DNA from: Methanomassiliicoccaceae archaeon
GTDB taxonomy: Archaea > Thermoplasmatota > Thermoplasmata > Methanomassiliicoccales > Methanomassiliicoccaceae
DNA length: 64,000 bases
Reading direction: 5' to 3'
NCBI GenBank assembly: GCA_040776945.1
Contig: JAXGZN010000001.1
Location: forward strand, 672,001 to 736,000
In this document: positions 61,901 through 64,000 of the stretch, in pieces
Numbering within the stretch: position 1 is the stretch's first letter
Layout: each line of letters begins with the position of its first letter
The notes under the pieces: model-generated
Told to the model about the DNA's origin: nothing
What the model saw: the letters and a program-made list of their open reading frames with translations, nothing else
Database searches by the model: none
Made by a program: the position numbers and the translations under genes

Positions 61901-63173
61901 CGTTGATGTAATCGGCCACGTTGAAGGTGTTGCCCTGATTGTCCTTCACTATGATCTGGAACGGGTAGCGGTAGGAGGCGCCAGGAGCGGTGAAGTTGAA
62001 CAGGAACTGCCGGAACGTCGAGAACGTCTCGCCGATCCTGAAAGCCGTGTCCGTGGACGGCGCGATGGGGTTCACTCCCAGCAGAGGGTGGTAGAGGTAG
62101 AATGAGTTCTGCCCGGCAACGTTGTTCAGAGTATCGCTCCATATCTCGATGGTCACGCCCTCGGAGTTCGTGAAGTTCCTGGTGATCGTGCCGTCGGAGG
62201 TCCGCTTGATGTAGTAGAACGTGATCCCGAGCGAGCTGCCGGCCTCACCGCCGGATGCATCTGGGGGATATGTGCCGTTGGTGAAGAAGTCCGGATAGTT
62301 CGCGTATGGTCCGGTGCCCGAGCCGGTGCCGGCGTATACTTCCAGCACCATCATCTGAGTGACCCGCCGGCCGGCGGTGTCGCTTGCGCACACCAGGACG
62401 TTGGACCTGTCCCATGCGAGCTTCGCGGTGACGTACTCGGAAACGTACAGGTTGAGGGAGGAGTTGTAAGTGAGCTGAAGGACCGGAGACAGGCCTATGG
62501 ACGATGCATTGACGAAAACGCTGGTGTTGTCAAGCTTTCCATAGGGGTCGCTGATCTGAGCATAGAACCGGACCGGACGGCCGTCGTAGGCGGGGGACGG
62601 GGTCAGCCCGCGGTCGGCAATTATGGGGAGAGTGGTCGCCGCTTGGTTCCCACCCTGGAGCGGGGCACTGTAGACCACGGTATTGGCCACGGTATCCACG
62701 ATCATGACGCTCAGCTTGGTGGTCGGCAAGACCCCAGAGAGCATATAGGACCATGTCATGCCGGTGGGCCAGGAATCCCCGACTATGTTCCCGTCGGTGA
62801 TGCTGCGGGTCTGGGGGACCTCGTCCACGAACAGATAGATGTGCGTCCGATACTTGTATAGAGGCTCCCCGCCCTTGTGCGTGATGTTTATATAGGCGTC
62901 GTTGCCGGAGTTCCCTAGCAGCTTCAAGGAGGGGGAGAAGTCGGTGTACACCTTCTCGCTGGGGCCGGGCAAGGAGGTCACGAAGAACAGCACTCCGGTG
63001 AACAGGGTGACTGTGATCGCCAGGATGAGCAGGTTGCCGATGATGTCGGAGACACCATAACGGCTCCAGCACTTGCGCTTCCTGAACGTTCCCTGGACAC
63101 GGGAGCGGTCGCTGAACGAGCCCGGCCGGCCTGTTGGCCGACCATTAGGTATAGCTCTCTTTTGGGCTATCAT
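58959..63173 (-). CDS. Giant type IV pilin-signal surface protein with FG-GAP-like repeats and a C-terminal TM
   Basis: G/VSDIIGNLLILAITVTLF class III signal; DLTGDGRNDL, DLNNDGYADV, DFNNDGYDDI, DMNGDGFPDI, DLDGDQDLDI. Confidence 0.85.
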   Translation of the reverse strand: MIAQKRAIPNGRPTGRPGSFSDRSRVQGTFRKRKCWSRYGVSDIIGNLLILAITVTLFTGVLFFVTSLPGPSEKVYTDFSPSLKLLGNSGNDAYINITHKGGEPLYKYRTHIYLFVDEVPQTRSITDGNIVGDSWPTGMTWSYMLSGVLPTTKLSVMIVDTVANTVVYSAPLQGGNQAATTLPIIADRGLTPSPAYDGRPVRFYAQISDPYGKLDNTSVFVNASSIGLSPVLQLTYNSSLNLYVSEYVTAKLAWDRSNVLVCASDTAGRRVTQMMVLEVYAGTGSGTGPYANYPDFFTNGTYPPDASGGEAGSSLGITFYYIKRTSDGTITRNFTNSEGVTIEIWSDTLNNVAGQNSFYLYHPLLGVNPIAPSTDTAFRIGETFSTFRQFLFNFTAPGASYRYPFQIIVKDNQGNTFNVADYINVNGADYPQLETYVANGNNLVRTTSFNHTDDLYLIIRTKDVDKYTDTVYISGIEVDDYTGSYVIMKAPTAVPAMGQDPAYSAPLSSLYKTNGLTISRYGENTNNGVYTLRITLKDANQGWWLPKTNSYTLKITTFFDRGTGGTMGETYSMLSCQFTVTAPLTTMDVAAAIGSGSFTWSSSGATWQNNAIAWFKGGDKWNEKIIDSNPSSGPLGLYLEDLTGDGRNDLVVGAQDTSRANLFWYENSKNDGSEWSNARPISYPFDALPGLQAAYTSSKGNINEDASVWATRSGGGEFYSGYYCQNEMCTALAVADLNNDGYADVVASFIHVVVYTSATSEGNANPSNSWGMFFNRGVYVFWNDGSDNWEMTPLYGTLDWKTASDVNFQANGDKNPAAADLAIGDFNNDGYDDIVAVYEDGQTKVWLNMWVKNAGQKDQAFSTSNSLRPISGITGNTPWSHNQIMPKVRVADMNGDGFPDIVRTNVRSGDYAVYIYYTQQEISAIPMHAPSYEFEVSPAYRATTGGSMANLETVNSRFETLTEVDVLYDPFNATGVKFLDDTGSPINNVWLDDDVFYDVGQGTTMQLNKFSLPLDNLTTPIKGSRLVVQYYVDPSYTGTGYVQYSFNNGATWTNTNIQPKPSHTSLVTASFDLPGTESTSFTSITSGLAIRFVNPSGSSTVHFDYVWTEVTFIKTQALGWVYQITNAPAAYQVLTINGRTSDLEGFQVQYSVDNATWFDLGVIRSTTNVEQSYDLTYTSNAYYYIRFLDLDRSVTDTAKSVLTLDRLVIYHNSPMVKWSSSPSKVWSTSSNYISAIAVGDMKKYLGSNVVNEPNDIVVALGGNIASSGKLFIIQQSSFGSFSAQSLGTDKLAILCPPSGYYEIHGVELGDLDGDQDLDIVLVVGAQMGRDPGTGPTLWEYTNNNMISGNWRFTETPISSVATRGESVINVTTGFIDLTIFLPVFGMVAIIATGQAMERWRGRRK

Positions 63174-63328
63174 GAAGTCACCACCGGCCCCATATTCCGG
63201 CGCAAATCGGTCTACCCCCTTTGTTTCTATAAATATGTATACTTCTGATTTTCAATAAAGTGAATTTTTAATTCCACATGAATAGAAATGCCATTGTTTT
63301 ATTAGTCTGGCATCACCTTCCACAGGAT

Positions 63329-63844
63329 ATGATGGAGATCGAGATCAAGAGCCCCTGCGAGGACCTTGACGGCGTCGAGAGGCGGCTCCTTGAGCTGGGG
63401 GCCGGGTTCCGCGGAGAGACCGCGCAGGCTGACCTGTACCTGTCCCATCCTTGCCGCGACTTCGCACGGACGGATGAAGCGCTGCGCCTGAGGAGGGAGG
63501 GCAACAGGGCCACCCTTCACTATAAGGGACCCAAGATCGATGCTGGGACCAAGTCGCGGGAGGAGATCGGCATGTCCCTCGGGGAGCCTGACGCGATGAT
63601 GTCCATCCTGGACCGTCTTGGCTTCAGACCGGTGGCCGAGGTCAGAAAGGTGCGCCGCAACTACGGGATCGGAAACATTGAGGTCTCCCTGGACCGCGTT
63701 TCCGGGCTGGGAGGGTTCGTGGAGCTGGAGGTCCAGGACCTCCCTGTGGAGGAAGGGCGCCGGATGCTGTTCAGCCTCTTGGCCGAACTGGGACTGGAAA
63801 GAACGGAGAGAAGGTCCTACCTGGAGCTTTTGCTGGAGAAGTGA
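63329..63844 (+). CDS. cyaB: CYTH-family (class IV adenylate cyclase-like) protein
   Basis: EIEIK, DEALRLR, YKGPK, FVELE. Confidence 0.88.
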   Translation: MMEIEIKSPCEDLDGVERRLLELGAGFRGETAQADLYLSHPCRDFARTDEALRLRREGNRATLHYKGPKIDAGTKSREEIGMSLGEPDAMMSILDRLGFRPVAEVRKVRRNYGIGNIEVSLDRVSGLGGFVELEVQDLPVEEGRRMLFSLLAELGLERTERRSYLELLLEK

Positions 63845-64000
63845 TCAGATGTTCTGTATGTGTTCCGCTAGGAACTTGCGGACCTCTTCCTCATCAGGTA
63901 TGCTTATCGATGACTTGTAGCGCTCGGAGCCGTCCTTCATCGTATATCCGCGGCTCAGCGAGATGAACTCCGTGGTGCCGCTCTTGCTGACCGCTCGCTT
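63845..64000 (-). CDS. 3' part of a small hypothetical protein (partial)
   Basis: KRAVSKSGTTEFISLSRGYTMKDGSERYKSSISIPDEEEVRKFLAEHIQNI*. Confidence 0.65.
   Translation of the reverse strand, partial: KRAVSKSGTTEFISLSRGYTMKDGSERYKSSISIPDEEEVRKFLAEHIQNI

Overview
GC-rich archaeal chromosome segment. The gene set (Orc1/Cdc6, TFB, Gar1, EndA, CDC48/VAT, PAC2, split GuaAA/GuaAB, AsnRS, an MtaA/UROD-family gene) suggests Thermoplasmatota, probably Methanomassiliicoccales; this is an inference. Most of the window is housekeeping. The main discovery is an accessory, partly AT-richer locus at ~9.8-19.3 kb organised like a polymorphic toxin/immunity system. A large DxDxDG-repeat protein has a conserved junction (xAFQAFVxWAIxF) followed by a variable multi-TM C-terminal module and a coupled small membrane partner gene. 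Downstream lie three orphan 'C-terminal module + partner' cassettes sharing a ~34-bp DNA core. A perfect 103-bp inverted copy of the junction and a decayed IS110-family element are also present. Other points: a disrupted TnpB element next to a tandem duplication of the guaAB 3' end, in-frame ambers in both transposon genes, a heat-shock regulator locus with a candidate operator, a DUF134 candidate operator, and a 1404-aa pilin-signal adhesin. All calls come from reading the sequence; no database searches were run.
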